Origin: Nitrosopumilus sp.
Lineage (GTDB): Archaea > Thermoproteota > Nitrososphaeria > Nitrososphaerales > Nitrosopumilaceae
NCBI GenBank assembly: GCA_965197525.1
Contig: OZ240211.1
Coordinates: 832,001-896,000, forward strand
Direction of reading: 5' to 3'
Length of the DNA: 64,000 nt
Each line of letters starts with the position of its first letter. Within the stretch, counting starts at the first letter, position 1. A program made the position numbers and the translations under genes. Under the pieces are notes generated by a model. That model had not been told where the DNA came from, made no database searches, and saw only the letters and a list, made by a program, of their open reading frames with translations. This document shows positions 61,604 through 64,000 of this stretch, one piece after another.

Positions 61604-62622
61604 TTGTGGGACAATAAATGGAAAGAACTACTGAAGGATATTTCTACTAATGGTGTACTGGTATCACGAAAAGATTCAACTAGAAACACACAAGAAACTG
61701 TTTCATACAAATTTGAGATAGATGATTCTAGAAACAGATTAATCTCTGATGAATTACGTGGTATTGATATTTTTCAATGTGTTGGGCAATTTTTATGGAT
61801 TACACAAGGAAATTTCAATGTAGAAGCAATAAAGTATTACCAGCCGATCTCGGACAAATTTTCATCAGATGGGGTCAAAATGATAGGTGCATACGGTCCA
61901 AGATTATTTGGTATCCAACATCTTAATCAGATAGAGCACGTCATAGATACATTAACAGAAGATCCTGGAAAAGAAGGGCTGTAGCATCAATTTATTTGCC
62001 ACAATTTGACCAACACGAATTTGAAAATGAAGAAGTGCCGTGTACTCTGAATCTACAATATCTCATCCGTGATGACAAATTACAGGCAGTAACTTACATG
62101 AGAAGTCAAGATGCATTTAATGTGTTACCATATGATTTTTTCATATTCACAATGCTACAAGAATATCTTCTAAACAGATTAAAACCAGAACACCCAGAAT
62201 TCCAACTTGGAAGATATAATCATTATAGTGGAAGCTTCCATGTTTATCAGAAAGATCTAGATAAGATTAACAAAATCACAGACAATCAATCTTCAAAAAA
62301 CTTTACTATGAAGAAGATGCCATCAAAAAATGTAGAACTTCGTTTACGCGCATTGAATATATTTGAATCAATAGTAAGAACGGCAACATTAGCTAAAGGC
62401 AAGTATAAGATAAAATTTGATTTTGATGCAATGGTAGACGTGATGAATGACTCGTTGAAAGATGAATACTGGAGACAATTAGGATTGATATTATTATCAT
62501 ATAGTGCAATACAGACAGAAGACAGAGAAAGGCATAAACAAATATTTGATTTGTTAGATCCAGAATACAAATATTTTGTAAAACTCCATATTGACAAACA
62601 TCGTCTTACTGGATTCTATTAG
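61604..62622 (+). pseudogene. Thymidylate-synthase-superfamily protein (cytidylate hydroxymethylase/methylase-like) split by a single-base frameshift at about 61969
   Basis: ORFs 61604..61984 and 61996..62622 join as ...GAYGPRL...EDPGK-RRAVASIYLPQFD...VPCT...MRSQD...LPYD...GSFHVY if one A is added to GGAAAAGAAGG. Confidence 0.82.
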
Positions 62623-63136
62623 AATATCTTCTAAGATTTCTATACCATCCTAGTTTTTCATCATAACTTGTGTCCGCATAACTCTGTCCACTAGTAGATG
62701 GAAGAAGATAGATCCTAACATCCTTGTAATAATGTTGAAATCCATATTCTAAAGATGAATAATAGTTATTGGAATAAATCCTAAAACTCATTTTCCCAAC
62801 AAAAGCAAGAATTTTTGGAGATATCATATTCAAAGTACGGTTTAATCGTTGTATGTTTTGGGCCGTGTATTGTTTTTTAATAACAGTTATGTTACTAGTA
62901 GGCTGTTTTATAATATCAGTCAGTCCATAGCAGTAGTTTAACATATAATCATCCTCTTCTGTTTTTAACTGTCGATCTGTCAACTTTGATTCGTAAAGTA
63001 ATCTCCAAAACACGTTAGAGTGACCGGCAAAATAATGGCCTATTTTTGAAGATTTGGTACCCGGACTTGTACCTACAAATAGAATTTGTAGACCTTTTTT
63101 GATTATATCAGGAAGCGGTCGTAAAATTTCTGCCAA
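62606..63136 (-). CDS. MUG/TDG-family DNA glycosylase, copy 2 (GTSPG variant)
   Basis: LFVGTSPG, GHYFAG..N.FW, GLTDIIKQPT and LPSTSG motifs; convergent with and overlapping the TS-like gene. Confidence 0.88.
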   Translation of the reverse strand: MAEILRPLPDIIKKGLQILFVGTSPGTKSSKIGHYFAGHSNVFWRLLYESKLTDRQLKTEEDDYMLNYCYGLTDIIKQPTSNITVIKKQYTAQNIQRLNRTLNMISPKILAFVGKMSFRIYSNNYYSSLEYGFQHYYKDVRIYLLPSTSGQSYADTSYDEKLGWYRNLRRYSNRIQ

Positions 63137-63801
63137 TAAAATAGCGTAAAATTACTCATAAAAAAATATGTTTGTAGAAATGACTCAATTCAACTTTAAA
63201 TTTACGATTATAGGCATTATACAACGATATGAAGGTATGCACTCATGCCCAGTGCAAATCTAGGCAAGAATTATGTTTTTGTTTACAAGGGATCTGAGTC
63301 CATATATATGGAGCATGTCGATAGACATCTGTTACTCACGCCTCCATATACGTAAATTCGTTAACGGTATTTATAATAATAGTTCTTGCATTATTAACAT
63401 ATTCATTTGATGACGTCAATGGAATATTTATCCAATTATAATCAAAGTGATATGTTTCTTCTCAGCCTTTCGAGCGAATAATCAATTCTTTGATCTTTAA
63501 TACATCTACGGTCTCACATATCAAAGTGTAGTATAGCCACCTCTATATCAATAATAAGAAGAAAGAATATGTTTTGGAATTTCTGATCACATTAAATTTA
63601 ACATAATTGTCGCATCTTTTGTTGATTTACATCTCCAAACAACGCAAGGTAAAAAATTAACAAGTATGAATTACAGGTAACCTGAACAGTTATTTTATGT
63701 AAAACAAGTGCTTGATCATCAATTTTTACTTAGGTATCAACTATAAGTGTATAAAACTGTAAAAAAGAAATATGTCAATAAAGAAAATTGTCAGTGATTG
63801 T

Positions 63802-64000
63802 TTATGTGTCGTCGGCAGTTGTCGTATCGTCAGTTGTTACATCAGTTGCCGCTGCTGCATCATCGGGTTTTGCATCATCTACTTTGGTTGATTTTCGTAC
63901 AACGTAATCAGGTTGCGGCTTTTGCATATCTTCAGAATTACAAAATGGTTTATAGTGATTCATGATTTTATTTACCACGTTCTTTCGGTAAATGTCATTT
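63802..64000 (-). CDS. C-terminus of an ORF entering from beyond the window (acidic tail)
   Basis: Open frame NDIYRKNVVNKIMNHYKPF...DDAAAATDVTTDDTTTADDT*. Confidence 0.5.
   Translation of the reverse strand, partial: NDIYRKNVVNKIMNHYKPFCNSEDMQKPQPDYVVRKSTKVDDAKPDDAAAATDVTTDDTTTADDT

Overview
Archaeal window from a Thaumarchaeota/Nitrososphaerota (Nitrosopumilaceae-like) chromosome. The assignment rests on archaeal core genes (gltX, the mevalonate/isoprenoid cluster, rps2-eno-rpoN, sucCD, rpl40e, tbp/tfb, pdaD), a PEF-CTERM protein and four tRNAs, one with a BHB intron. The high mobile-element load, a giant GC-rich repeat surface protein and low-complexity insertions in core enzymes suggest a host-associated (e.g. 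sponge-symbiont) lineage; this is inference. Main results: (1) TnpB RNA-guided nucleases sit in transposase-less elements bounded by terminal inverted repeats (TIRs) and 8-bp target-site duplications (TSDs), which is not IS200/IS605 or IS607 architecture. There are two unrelated end families. GGTTCTGT ends occur on one full tnpB element, two mini-elements keeping only the tnpB 3' (omegaRNA-like) block with different downstream sequences, and one micro-composite carrying AT-rich cargo. GGGAATTA ends occur on two 1637-bp copies. (2) An AT-rich island has a thymidylate-synthase homologue with the cytidylate-type Asp, flanked by two MUG-family DNA glycosylases; it is a candidate base-modification or defence system. 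(3) An IS630-split surface protein has two hypervariable loops per propeller blade and a G12 tract. All family calls come from reading motifs by eye; no database search was run.
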